Shown here: positions 51,572-62,976 of the stretch, piece by piece
Position numbering within the stretch: position 1 is the first letter of the stretch
Layout: each line of letters opens with the position of its first letter
Source of the DNA: Octopus bimaculoides
Taxonomy: Eukaryota
Direction: 5' to 3'
NCBI RefSeq assembly: GCF_001194135.2
Contig: NC_068983.1
Coordinates: forward strand, 80,753,016 to 80,817,015
DNA: 64,000 nucleotides
Position numbers and translations under genes: made by a program
Notes under the pieces: model-generated
Database searches by the model: none
The model's input: only the letters and a program-made list of their open reading frames with translations
Told to the model about the DNA's origin: nothing

Positions 51572-51605
<34 letters not shown>

Positions 51606-51606
51606 A
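51481..51606. repeat. (GAT)n switching to (GAC)n microsatellite
   Basis: Directly visible next to a gap. Confidence 0.95.
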
Positions 51607-53796
51607 TAATTTGCTAATAAATGTTAATGCTCTTCATCAACAGCATCTTTACTGAATTTTCTAAAGTCCTAGATTTTCAAAGTAAGTCAAAGAAAGCAAT
51701 CTTTCAGTTGCCCAAATTCAAGTTTATGAACGAGTTTCTTTCCAAGGGAAATATCCCTATAGAAATGGATTGTTCAGTCAAACATTGAGAATATATTTTT
51801 GCTGGTCTCTAGTATACTTTTTTAATAAAAGAATTAGCATACATTTTTGTCTATTTTTTTTTTCTTTTTAAATTACAAACTAAGATTTATTGTTACCTTT
51901 CAAATAAGCATTTCAGGATCTTTGCTGTTGTTCAAGTTGTTAATATAATTGAATATATTCAATATTCATATAAATCAGAGAGAGAGAGTTAATGTGAAAT
52001 CATTATGAACATGATGATGACAGTCATCATCACCACCAATTCCATGACCATTACCACTATTACACATCAGAATTAACATCGTCATCACCATTATCATCAC
52101 CATCATCATCATCATCATCGTCATCAACATCATCATCATTATTATTACCCAACCCAACCTTCATAACCATTAACATCATCACCATTATTGTTACCTTCAC
52201 CATCATCCCCACATCAAAATTAAATCACCACCAACCACCACCAACACCACCACCACCACCACCACCACCGCCACTGCNNNNNNNNNNNNNNNNNNNNNNN
52301 NNNNNNNNNNNNNNNNNNNNNNNNNNNNNNNNNNNNNNNNNNCCACTGCCACCACCACCAGCTGCAGCAGCAGTAGAAGTAGCAGCAGTAGCAGCCACAG
52401 CAGCATTATTTTATTTTATTATTTTTTTAATATATATTGAAAGTCTAATGATATAATGTCTGACATCGTTTGAAAGGCTATGCAAAACAACTATTGCATA
52501 TGCCCATAATGAATTAATTTATTTTTTCAAAGGAATTTCAGCATAAAGCATTCTGATCAATATTTTCAATTGTTCAGTTGATAGCATGATATATTATTAG
52601 ATTAGGATTATATTTAATAACATAGTGGTTGCCTTCAAGTTCTGCATCACTCAGCTTGCTTATTCACTCTCTACGGTATTCCAGCTGTTCTCCTCCCTGT
52701 CAGCCCTATTTCTCTGCTTCATGCAAAGATGCCAATAACTTCCTTATATTGAAAATCAAAAGCGACACTTACCAAAACCTGTATGCTGCTGACTTTTATA
52801 TTTCTGAATTTAGAATGGTAATAAACAAATAATTTATTATTATTTTTTTTTTAAAGATATTTATCTAAAAGAAATAAAATAAAAGAAAAGAAGGAGCTAC
52901 TGAAGAAAGTTAGGCAAGTATTTAGAAGCATGTTGTAGTATTTGAACTACTGATCTTTTATTTTATATTAAATTCATCATCAAGGCACATAATGCAATCA
53001 GCCAACTATCAGTTTTTTTTTTACTGTCTGCTGTGAGCCAATGAGAGAGCCTCAATGTGGTTGCTCAGCCAGCTAGAAACAGACAGCATCTTTTTCTCTC
53101 AACTCAATTTCTATAGTCTTAAATAAAGGATGCTTAAGATAATGGCATACTCAACGATGGATTGAACATGGTTAGAAAGTCTTTGATCATAAGTCTCATC
53201 AATCAGTACTGACCTGATGGCTAAACATCATAATAATCATTCTTTACATGATTGCAAAAACAGATTTCATTATATATCTAATGTCTTTTCCATTCCAAGA
53301 TGATGGTGTACATTTTGATGGAGATTTGGCTACAATTGTTAGCATGACAAGTGATGTACATGTTCTCTTATTGGTTTGTTAAATGTATGTTTGTTGTAGT
53401 TGAACTAGAAGTTATTTAATAAAAGGTACACTGACTGTGAGGTTAAAATGTTCTCACTACTGGATACATGGCTGTAAGTTCAAACTTTAATCTTTATATT
53501 GTATCCTTAAACAAGGTGAGTAATGTCTCAATCTGCATCAGTTATATTATTGCACTTCAATGATAAAATGTATCACATTATGTTGTTCGTCATCAAGCAA
53601 TAAAAGAATATTTTGGTCCATCAATCAAAAGAAGCTATTCCACCCATGTTAAAATGAAGAAAATGGGCATTTAGCAGCAAGTTGCCAAGGAAGAAAACAT
53701 TAAAATTGTTATTATCATTAACAATCTAAATTTGTAACAATCTAAAATTGATCACCTCAGGTTCCACTCAAATATTTGGTTTTACAGCTGGTGGTA

Positions 53797-54192
53797 CTGT
53801 TGTTGTTGTTGTTGGCACTCCATCGCTTACGACATCGAGGGTTTCAGTTGATCCGATCAATGGAACAGCCTGCTCGTGAAATTAACGTGCAAGTGGCTGA
53901 GCACTCCACCGACACGTGTACCCTTAACGTAGTTCTCGGGGAGATTCAGCGTGACACAGTGTGACAAAGGCTGACCCTTTGAATTACAGGCACAACAGAA
54001 ACAGGAAGTAAGAGTGAGAGAAAGTTGTGGTGAAAGAGTACAGCAGGGTTCACCACCATCCCCTGCTGGAGCCTCGTGGAGCTTTAGGTGCTTTCACTCA
54101 ATAAACACTCACAACGCCTGGTCTGGGATCGAATCCACGATCCTATGACCCCGAATCCGCTGCCCTAACCACTGGGCCATTGTGCCTCCACA
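53797..54192 (-). mobile_element. SINE family C, full length
   Basis: High identity to 23018-23403. Confidence 0.93.
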
Positions 54193-55149
54193 CAGCTGGT
54201 GGTATTATGGGGAAGCTAAACACTGGTTGTTGTACTTCTGTTTCTCCATTGTTAGTCTTTCTCTCTTTGCTGTTAAACCAAGAGACTTCTATTTTTAAAT
54301 TTTCAAAAATCTTTTATTCAGAAGAGGTTAGAGCTCATGATCTGTTACTGAGCCTTTGAGCCTGCTGAAAAGGAAAACGGCACCATTAGACTGAGGACCT
54401 GGTTCAATGTCTTGAAACAGAATGAACTCTGCTAAAGGTACCCAAGGGCCAGGTAATGATGTTAAACTGAACAATAGATTATGTCAATCAACCAAGAAGA
54501 TATTGTAAAGGAGAGAAAGTATAATTTAAATAACCTAGAAAAAATAAATATTGTTTATTTTGCTTCCATAATATCTTTAAATCTTCTCCAGACTAATGCC
54601 TGAGTTGGCAGTCATTTAAATAAATATCCTTTTGAGCCCTACATGGTTGCTTGACCTGCAAGAAATAACAATCAAAACTCCTTTATTTCATGTCTTACTC
54701 TCTTAGAAAAGAAAGATACATCAGACAAAGTGATTCTGAATGCATGATGGAATGGGCAATACAGAATGAACACTACCTGAATGTTATTAATCATAGGTTT
54801 ACTTGATGAAAGTCAGTTTCATGCTAAACTATGACAACTTGCATTATCTATATTTCAAGAGCTTACTTTCAAAATCAGATATATGCATCGGAATGACTTT
54901 TGAGTAATTGTTTAAAACAACAACTTGGATATATCTGATTTTGATTGGAAGACTAAGATTCGCCTATTGTCTCAATGGCATCTATCCCAGTTTGACTGAA
55001 AAAAATTTCATGTGCATGAAGCAGCAACTTGCAGATTGTGTTTTAATGGTTATTATGAAATCAACCAAATATGCACTTATACCGGTTTTGAAAGTAAGCT
55101 CCTCATTTAATGTCCTTAATGTGTACATGATTATTCTTTATTAATCAGA

Positions 55150-55375
55150 GAAATAAAGTGAGTACTATTTTATGTCTTACTCGTTCCAGTCATTGGACTG
55201 CAGCCATGCTGGTGCACTGCCTTGAAAAATTTTAGTTGAATGAATTTACCCCAGTATGTTCTTCTTTCTTTTCAAGCCTGATATTTATTTTATCTGTCCC
55301 TTTTGCTGATCTGCTAAGTTTGGGGTACATAATCATACTAACACTGGTTAGGAGATAAACACAGACACAAAGACA
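55150..55375 (-). mobile_element. SINE family B, 3' half
   Basis: CAGTCATTGGACTGCAGCCATGCTGG tail. Confidence 0.75.
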
Positions 55376-55386
55376 CATGCATGCTA

Positions 55387-56503
55387 TCAGGTCATCCCAT
55401 AAGTTCTGTTCGAATTTTGAATAAAGAAAACAAGTGATCAAATGTTGTGTTTAATTGAAATTTAATCATCAATGTACTTTCCCTGATTATCTATGACTTC
55501 CTTCCATCTATTTACAAGCTTTTTAATCCCATCGATGTAAAACTCTTTTGGTTTCAAAGCGAAGAACTCTGAAATGTCAGTTTCGACCTCCTCCTAGCTT
55601 GCGAAAGTTATGTCCCCCCAAATGATTCCATAAACTACAAAACAAATGGTAGTCTGAAGGAACAAGGTTGGGAGAATAAGGTGGATGAGGAATTTTTTCC
55701 CAACCAAGCTCTTCGATCTTCCATGATGTGATCTTTGCAGTGTGGTGTTGTGCATTGTCCTGATGAAACATCACTCCTTTTCAATTCACTAAAGCAGGTC
55801 TTTTTTTCTTCAAAGCTTGGTTCAAACGCTCTAATTGCTGACAGTAGACTTGAGCATTAATTGTTGCATTAGGTGGTAACAATTCAAAGTAAATTACTCC
55901 TTTTCAATCCCACCAGATAGAGAGAAGAACCTTTTTCCATGAAGTTCCCTTTTCAGTTGTGGTTGAGCTTTTCTCTTTTACCAAGCCACTGTTTATGACG
56001 TTTAACATTTCGATAAAAGATCCATTTTTTGTCACCAGTCACAAGTCTATCTAAAAAGGGTGAAATGAATTCGCGAATATTCTTCAAGTAATGCCTCAAG
56101 GAGCTTATCATCAAACTCAACTGGACGTCCTGTTCGATCTTCATCTTCAAGGCTGAAACCTACACTTCTGAATTTCACAAACCATCTTCTGCAAGTTCTT
56201 TCATTCAAGCATTCTTTCCCATAAACTGAGTGTATATTTCAAGTCGCTTTGGCTGCAGATTTTCCATGTTTGTACTCATAAAGCATTATGTGCCTCAAAT
56301 GCTCTTTGGATACTTCTATGTTAGAAAGGGTTTTAATCAAAGAAATTTTAATTCTATTATTCTGTAAAATAATATTTAATTTGTTTAAATGTACACAAAT
56401 GCATAAAAATAATTTTTAATTCCATTAGACATTCTAAAATACTATTAAATTCCATTCAATTTTAAAAAAGGTAAAATTGGACAGAACTTATGGGATAACC
56501 TGA
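55387..56503 (-). mobile_element. Near full-length mariner (DD34D) element with both TIRs and TA target duplication; transposase pseudogenised
   Basis: TIR TCAGGT(C/T)ATCCCATAAGTTCTGT at both ends, flanked by TA. Motifs KEHLRHIMLYEY, RWFVKFRS..FSLEDEDRTGRP, LVTGDKKWIFY and HQDNAQHH...HPPYSPNLVPSDYHLF. Confidence 0.95.
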
Positions 56504-56532
56504 TACTTATTTATTCCTTCCCACACGTCCCT

Positions 56533-56840
56533 GTGGAGGCACATGGTCTAGTGGTTAGAGCAGTGGACTTGCGGTTTAGGGATCACGGGTTCAAATCTCA
56601 GACCAGGTGACATGTGTGTTTATGAGTAAAACACCTAAGCTCCATGTGGCTCTGGCAGAAGGTAATGGTGAACTTCTGCTGACTCTTTGACCACAATTTT
56701 CTCTCATTCTTCTTTCCTCCTGCATCTAGCAGTTCACTTGCAAGGGACCAGTCTCCCATCCAGGCAGGGAACCTATGTACCAATGAAACTGGGAAACTGG
56801 CCCTCGTGGACCAGGCATGGCATGAGAAAGAACAAACAAC
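56533..56840 (+). mobile_element. SINE with a family C head and a different 3' part
   Basis: First ~170 nt align to family C. The tail GGGACCAGTCTCCCATCC...GGCATGAGAAAGAACAAACAAC does not. Confidence 0.8.
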
Positions 56841-57195
56841 AATAACACGTACCTGGTGACTGGTGAGAGAAAGAGAAGGAGACGTCTACAAACTAGAGAT
56901 TCAGCTTGAATGGCCACAACAGAGTGAACTCTAATAAAGCAACTCCAGGGCTAGGTTGTAGTGTTAAGTCTGTTGACAGAAGACACATTAACTCTGCCAT
57001 CCAAGAACTCAGAATACAATGAGTCGGAATAAATACTATAAGGTGTCTAACAATTTTGGCAATCCACTGCCCTGGATTGGTATTTTATCATATTGACCGT
57101 GAAAAGGTGCAATGTAAAGTTGGCTCAGTTTAAGTCGAACTCAGAGTACTCGAAGCCAGAACAAATTTAATGTTACTGATAACTTTAAGTAATAC

Positions 57196-57568
57196 ATCAT
57201 CATCATCATCATCACCATTTAACGTCTGTTGTCCATGCTGGCATGGGTCAGACAGTTTGACTGGGCTGGCCACGCCAGGCTCCAGTCTGATTTGGCATGG
57301 TTTTCTATGGCTGGATGCCCTTCCTAGTGCCAACCACTCCAAGAGTGTAATGGGTGCTTTTACATATCACTGGCATGGGTACCATTTGCATGATACTGGT
57401 ATCTGCTACGACTGCAATTTTGCTCAGCTTGATGGGTCATCTCAAGCATGACATAATGCCAAAGGTCTTGGTCATTGCCTCCGTAAAGCCTAACACTCGA
57501 AAGGAACTCGACCACTTTGCTTCCATGAGGCCCAGTGCTCGAAAGGAACTCAGCCACTCTGCCTCAAT
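57196..57568 (-). mobile_element. Longer family D copy with an internal ~43-bp tandem duplication
   Basis: (CAT)n tail; CTCGAAAGGAACTC..CCACT.TGC occurs twice. Confidence 0.8.
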
Positions 57569-57569
57569 A

Positions 57570-57780
57570 AAGGTGGCGAGCTGGGAGAATCATTAGCCCG
57601 CTGGGCAAAGTGCTTAATGACATTTTGTTTGTCTTTGTTCTGAGTTCAAATTTCACCAAGGCCAATTTTGCCTTCCATCCTTTGGGGTTCATGAAATAAG
57701 TACCAGTTAAGCACTGGGTTCAATGTAACTGACTTACTCCTCCTCCAAAATTGCTGGCCTTGTGCCAAAATTTGAATTCA
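57570..57780 (+). mobile_element. SINE family A
   Basis: AAGGTGGCGAGCTGGGAGAATC head through CCAAAATTTGAA tail. Confidence 0.9.
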
Positions 57781-58120
57781 ATATACGTGCTAATGTCGAA
57801 TTTCCATAATGTATATATTTTAGTAGCCTCGTTGTGCAATCTCAGGTTTTATAGCTTTATAGTTTGTTTTAGATATCACAAACAAGGCTATACAGAAAAA
57901 CAACTTCCATATGAATTGAAAGTGAAAGTTCTGTATTTTACTTGAAACATTGTAATTAAACAGATAATGAGAAAAAAAGAAACAATTTGATTCACCACAC
58001 AGTATATTTATTAAGCAAGTGTCTTCTACTATAGTTCTGGGTTGATCAATACATTATTGTTGGTAGATGGAAAGTGTTCAGAAGCCTGTCATATATATGT
58101 AGGCCTCTCCCTCCCTCTCA

Positions 58121-58159
<39 letters not shown>

Positions 58160-58715
58160 CCTCTCTCTCTCTTTCTCTACAGCAAGAGTGTCTTGTGGAG
58201 GAAACTGGGTGAAGACCCAGCTGTACATATATATATATATAGATAGATAGGGTGATAAATTGAATATTAATTCAATTTAAAACCTAGCATATAAAAAATC
58301 TGAAAATTCAGAAAAAATTGTATTATACGTGTATAAGGGATGACCACTAGGTGGACATCCAATATGCTATAAAGAGGTCATCGACACACACACACACTGA
58401 TAGTGATGACTGCAAAGAAAGATTACTCTATACCTGAAGTGTTATTAGCTTGGCCAGAATCATACACTGTGTGGTACACGCCACAAAATTTATCTCGATC
58501 ATTCAGCTTGCAATCTTTGAGATAGAAGCAGTCCGAATTGGCAGTTTTCAAATGATGCACCATGGATATAAAAAGCATATAACATATATATATATATAAA
58601 AGATAAACAAGAGTGAAAAAACTACAGAGGGCTTGTGTTACATGGTTAAAGTATATATTTAAAATATGTCAGAAAAATGTTATAAAATTTGTTTGGTATA
58701 TAACCATTGTATTTG

Positions 58716-58754
58716 GAGAAATAACCGGTTTCGTGTTGTCTTTTCAAATTTCTC
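58716..58754 (-). ncRNA. Mirror copy of the minimal hammerhead-like motif
   Basis: Exact reverse complement of 58841-58879. Confidence 0.5.
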
Positions 58755-58840
58755 TACTTCATGGTAACATGTCTACACTCCCGTGTGTAAATAAAAGCTT
58801 TTATTTGCACACGGGAGCATAGACATGTTACCATGAAGTA

Positions 58841-58879
58841 GAGAAATTTGAAAAGACAACACGAAACCGGTTATTTCTC
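58841..58879 (+). ncRNA. Minimal type I hammerhead-like motif (U3-A8 core variant, palindromic stem III)
   Basis: GAGAAAT-TTGAAAA-G(ACAACA)C-GAAA-CCGG-TT-ATTTCTC: 7-bp stem I, core, ACCGGT palindrome and GUU triplet. Stem II is only 1 bp. Confidence 0.5.
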
Positions 58880-59699
58880 CAAATACAATGGTTATATACC
58901 AAACAAATTTTTCTGACATATTTTAAATATATATTTTAACCATGTAACACAAGCCTTCTGTAGTTTTTTCACTCTTGTTTATCTTTTACACATCCAACCA
59001 CGTGCTTTCACATACCAATTTTCTCACATATATATATATATATATATACATATATCTGTGTGAATTAGACGTTGGGAAACCAACAAACTAAGAGATAGTA
59101 CCTGTCCAATATACTGCTGGTAATGTACCCAATTATTCGTACGCAAGTACTAGTTATTGCGTAGCAAGCTTGCAATTGAGTTTATATATGGGTGGGGGTA
59201 AAAAGTGGTTTACCCTTAATTTATACGGCAAATAAGAAAATGGAGAGGATACAAAATGTCATACATCAGCCGGTAGACATTCTATTATTCCAATGTATTA
59301 GAATGGATTCGATAAATACATACACATGTGTTAACCATGTCTTACATACAAATGTACTAATATTACAGAAAAGAGCAAAAGATCAGATTGTCAGTAGGTG
59401 CTAGTTCCTTATGGCTGTTTCTGCCAAGAGGCAACAAAATCCTCCATGCCATCTCCATATCTTCAGTGTTCTGTAGGGATGGCAGATAAAGTTTGGATGA
59501 TGAATGTGCCTCTAGGCTTCTTCAGAGGGTCTAAGTGGTCAGGAGGGTTAATACATTCAATAAAAAGTTAACAATAGGTACAGTGTGTTTGTCGTTTTTA
59601 ATAGGGCAGAAAAAGAATAGGAGTAAGAATAAGAACATGAGGATGTGAGTGAAGTACAACTTAGTATAATGATTTGGGTATACCCAAATCATCATACTA

Positions 59700-60303
59700 G
59701 TTTTTATCATTCTCTACACAATCAAGAAGATCTTGTGCAACTGAAACCTGAGTGTCTCTTTGGTCAACTGAAAGCAGTTGTGGCACGAACTTGGAAGACA
59801 CACATATCATACCCAAACCTTCAGTGATAATAGACTTAACCATAACTAATCTGTATATTCTCTGATAACTCAAAGATGGTGATTTGATGATCTCCCCTCA
59901 GAGATGCACACACATCTGCAATGTCTTTCTCAGTTGTGCTGGTTGCATGTCTCCCAGAATGTTCATCAATATCAACATTTTTCGGCCATCTTGGAAACAG
60001 CTGAACCCCTTGTGCACACTGTGTGTGGCTCAGACACTCCTCTCCATACACTTTCAGCAACTTTACACGGGCCCCTGAGCAGGTATTGCCATGACAACTT
60101 TCTTTGTCATGATCAATGCGATGATCACACATTACACATGTTACTTTCAAGTACTGCTGTAAACAGGGGAAGTAAACTAGAATGTTAAGACTTTATGTGC
60201 ATGCACAGCCGAGGTTAGGGTCAATCTGTGCCAAGCAGCTTCACTCTGTGTGCTTTAGGTTTGTTACTATGGCAATAGACCGGATACTTATTGATCAGAC
60301 CGC
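59700..60303 (-). mobile_element. Mariner 5' fragment (TIR and N-terminal HTH region)
   Basis: TIR-like GCGGTCTGATCAATAAGTATCCGG; LLKVYGEECLS...DEHSGRHATSTT...ITIFELSE and GLGMICVSSKFVPQLL. Confidence 0.85.
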
Positions 60304-60534
60304 ATATATATATATATATATATATATGTATATTAGCATTTTCTACCTTGTCTTATTTTCCTTATACATATCAACTCATGTGTTACTTTTCAACCTTCGA
60401 CATATCATACTTCCACATGAGGTACAGAAAATGCCAACAAAAACAGTCTGAAACTGGTACTAAAATGTTCTTCATGATAAAATTATTATAGCATTTTCTA
60501 CCTTGTTTTATTTTCTTTATATATACACATATAC

Positions 60535-60630
<96 letters not shown>

Positions 60631-61034
60631 CAGTACATATAGATGAAATTGAATTCAAAATGTCATGTAGAGCATAAACGCTATTTTCCTCTAATGGAAA
60701 TTTACATAAGAGACTAAAGAGTTAAATGTATATCATGAAATTCTAAGCCCTAGTGTCNNNNNNNNNNNNNNNNNNNNNNNNNNNNNNNNNNNNNNNNNNN
60801 NNNNNNNNNNNNNNNNNNNNNNNNNNNNNNNNNNNNNNNNNNNNNNNNNNNNNNNNNNNNNNNNNNNNNNNNNNNNNNNNNNNNNNNNNNNNNNNNNNNN
60901 NNNNNNNNNNNNNNNNNNNNNNNNNNNNNNNNNNNNNNNNNNNNNNNNNNNNNNNNNNNNNNNNNNNNNNNNNNNNNNNNATATATATATATATATATAT
61001 ATATATACACTTTATGTATATATATATATATATA

Positions 61035-61352
61035 TACTTGGTGATCCTGCCAGTGCTGGTGCGACATAAAAAGCATCCAGTCCACACTACAAAGTGGTTG
61101 GCATTTGGAAGGGCATCCAGGTGTAAAAGCCATGTCAAAACTGACCTTGCTTGTGCAGCTGCGATGTAAGAAGCACTCTGTCCACTCTGTAGGGTGGTTG
61201 GTGTTAGGAAGAGCATCCAACTGTGAAAACCATGCCAAACCAGGCACAGAAATTTGGCCCAGTCTTCTACCTGGCCAGCTTCTTTCAAACCGTCCAACCC
61301 ATGCCAGCATGGAAGGCAGATGTTAAACAATGATGATGATGATGATGATGGT
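61035..61352 (+). mobile_element. Family D copy with two internal AGGAAG.GCATCCA units and a (GAT)n tail
   Basis: Aligns with the 50115 and 57196 copies. Confidence 0.8.
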
Positions 61353-61417
61353 GATATGTAGGTTTATGTATTTGTCCTGTAAGGTTCCTGGCGTGAAATT
61401 GTTTATTGAAATAGGTA

Positions 61418-61783
61418 TTGTTATATTTTAGGATGGTCATTTGTTTTTTTTTTGTTATTTTTGCCAAATAAACGTACTATATATTCGTTCTTCACTTCAG
61501 ATTTACTTTATTATTGTTCATATCCTATGTCCTTTGGAATTCTTTCATCACACATCCTGTGACCTCCTGTTCTGTTTAGTCCATTCTCTATAAAGAGGAA
61601 TGGAAAGTCACTGAAAGTGGGATGGAGAGTCTCTGAAGAGGTCACAGGATGTGTGATGAAAGATTTCTAAAGGGCATAAAATATGAACAATAATAAAATA
61701 AATCTGATGTGAAGAACAAATATATAGTGGATTTATTTGGCAAAAAAAAAGAAAAAGAAGATGATTATCTCAAAATATAACAA
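61418..61783. repeat. Fold-back element with ~150-bp arms and a 71-nt loop
   Basis: ...CTTTCATCACACATCCTGTGACCTC is mirrored by GAGGTCACAGGATGTGTGATGAAAG...; the loop holds a small TCCATTC/GAATGGA hairpin. Confidence 0.9.
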
Positions 61784-62092
61784 AACATGCACACACACAC
61801 ATATAATTATCAAAGTTGGGAGATAAGTCCAGGTAGATATAAAGTAAGTCTCAGAAGGGTACTGAAGAACATATAGTATTTCCAACAATTACTTTTGTCT
61901 TAATATATGATGTACATAGGTCCAGAGAATATAAAACAAAGTTAACAATGGAAAATTGGTATTTCAATTAATTATTTATTTATTCTTATATCTATAAAAT
62001 CCATAAAATATAGACATTAATAAATAAATAAAATATCCTACACATGTGTCGGCTGATATAATTAATATACCAATTTTCCATGGTTAACTTTG

Positions 62093-62137
<45 letters not shown>

Positions 62138-62327
62138 GTAAGATCCAGGGAATGAGGTGTAGGGAGAAAGTTAGCTTCAAGCAATTCACGAAATTGAAAC
62201 AGCCGACCTCACGCACTTCTCATGAGGAATTCCGGAAGAAGCTTCGTGAGACCACTACTGAGACACTTCCGAAAAAAAGAAAAGCCGTTGGAAAACAGTT
62301 TATAGCAGAGACTCCATTGAAGATTAA

Positions 62328-62361
62328 CTGAAGAAGGAATTGTATTCCGAAATATCATCAG
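62328..62361 (+). ncRNA. Hammerhead-like core with a 5-bp stem II
   Basis: CTGAAGA-A-GGAAT-TGT-ATTCC-GAAA-TATC; stem I pairing is not evident. Confidence 0.4.
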
Positions 62362-62639
62362 ACTATAGATAACTCAATTACAACAGGTATATAGTCCATT
62401 TTTGTATTATAGTGCGTTGTTGTACCATTCAAAACTTTTCATTCTTTACAAACGATACACAATGCTTCAAGCGAACTACAATACTCTCCTATAAAAAAAA
62501 ACAACTGTCAGGGACAATACTGGTTTATCGAGACATAAGGATGTGTTTTATTTTCATATCAAAGAACGATAAGCTGAAAAAAGTTCTTTTTATATTCCAT
62601 GGTAAGCATCCAGGGTTACCAGGTGTGTAAATAAGAATA

Positions 62640-62976
62640 CAAGAGTTACGGAATGGAGCAGGAAGGATCCAAGCTACATATATCTCATAGTGAGCGGAAC
62701 CTCAGAGATGGTAAAATCCAAGTGAGGTATATACTGCCAGCTACCTTTCAGGCCAAGGATATCTTGATTAGATTAAAGGTTACATTGTCGCAAGGAGGTA
62801 CATGTTGACACAAGAAAGATTCAATCAGAATGTGTAACCTTTAATTCAATTAAGATATCATTGGCATGAAGAGTAGCCAGCGATATACAATCACTTGGAT
62901 TTTATCACTTCTGAGGTTCCACTCACTATAAAACATATGTAACCTGGATCTTTCCTATTCCATTCCATAACTTTTG
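62640..62976. repeat. Older fold-back element with ~145-bp arms and a ~42-nt loop
   Basis: AGTTACGGAATGGAGCAGGAAGGATCC...TTAAAGGTTACATT is mirrored at 62829-62976; the differences are mostly transitions. Confidence 0.88.

Larger units (their letters stand above)
58597..58988. repeat. Near-perfect 392-bp palindrome with no loop, centred on AAAAG|CTTTT at 58797/58798
   Basis: By eye the arms differ by about 5 substitutions and one 10-nt indel. Confidence 0.97.

Noticed and set aside
54930-55095. Protein-like frame with an in-frame TGA (…QFD*KKFHVHEAATCRLCFNGYY…) as a selenoprotein exon
   Set aside because: There is no suitable acceptor upstream in that frame, no SECIS was seen, and no homolog was recognised.
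62895-62945. Hammerhead core in the 62640 fold-back (CTGAGGT...AAAACATATGTA)
   Set aside because: Two core positions mismatch and there is no stem I or stem II.
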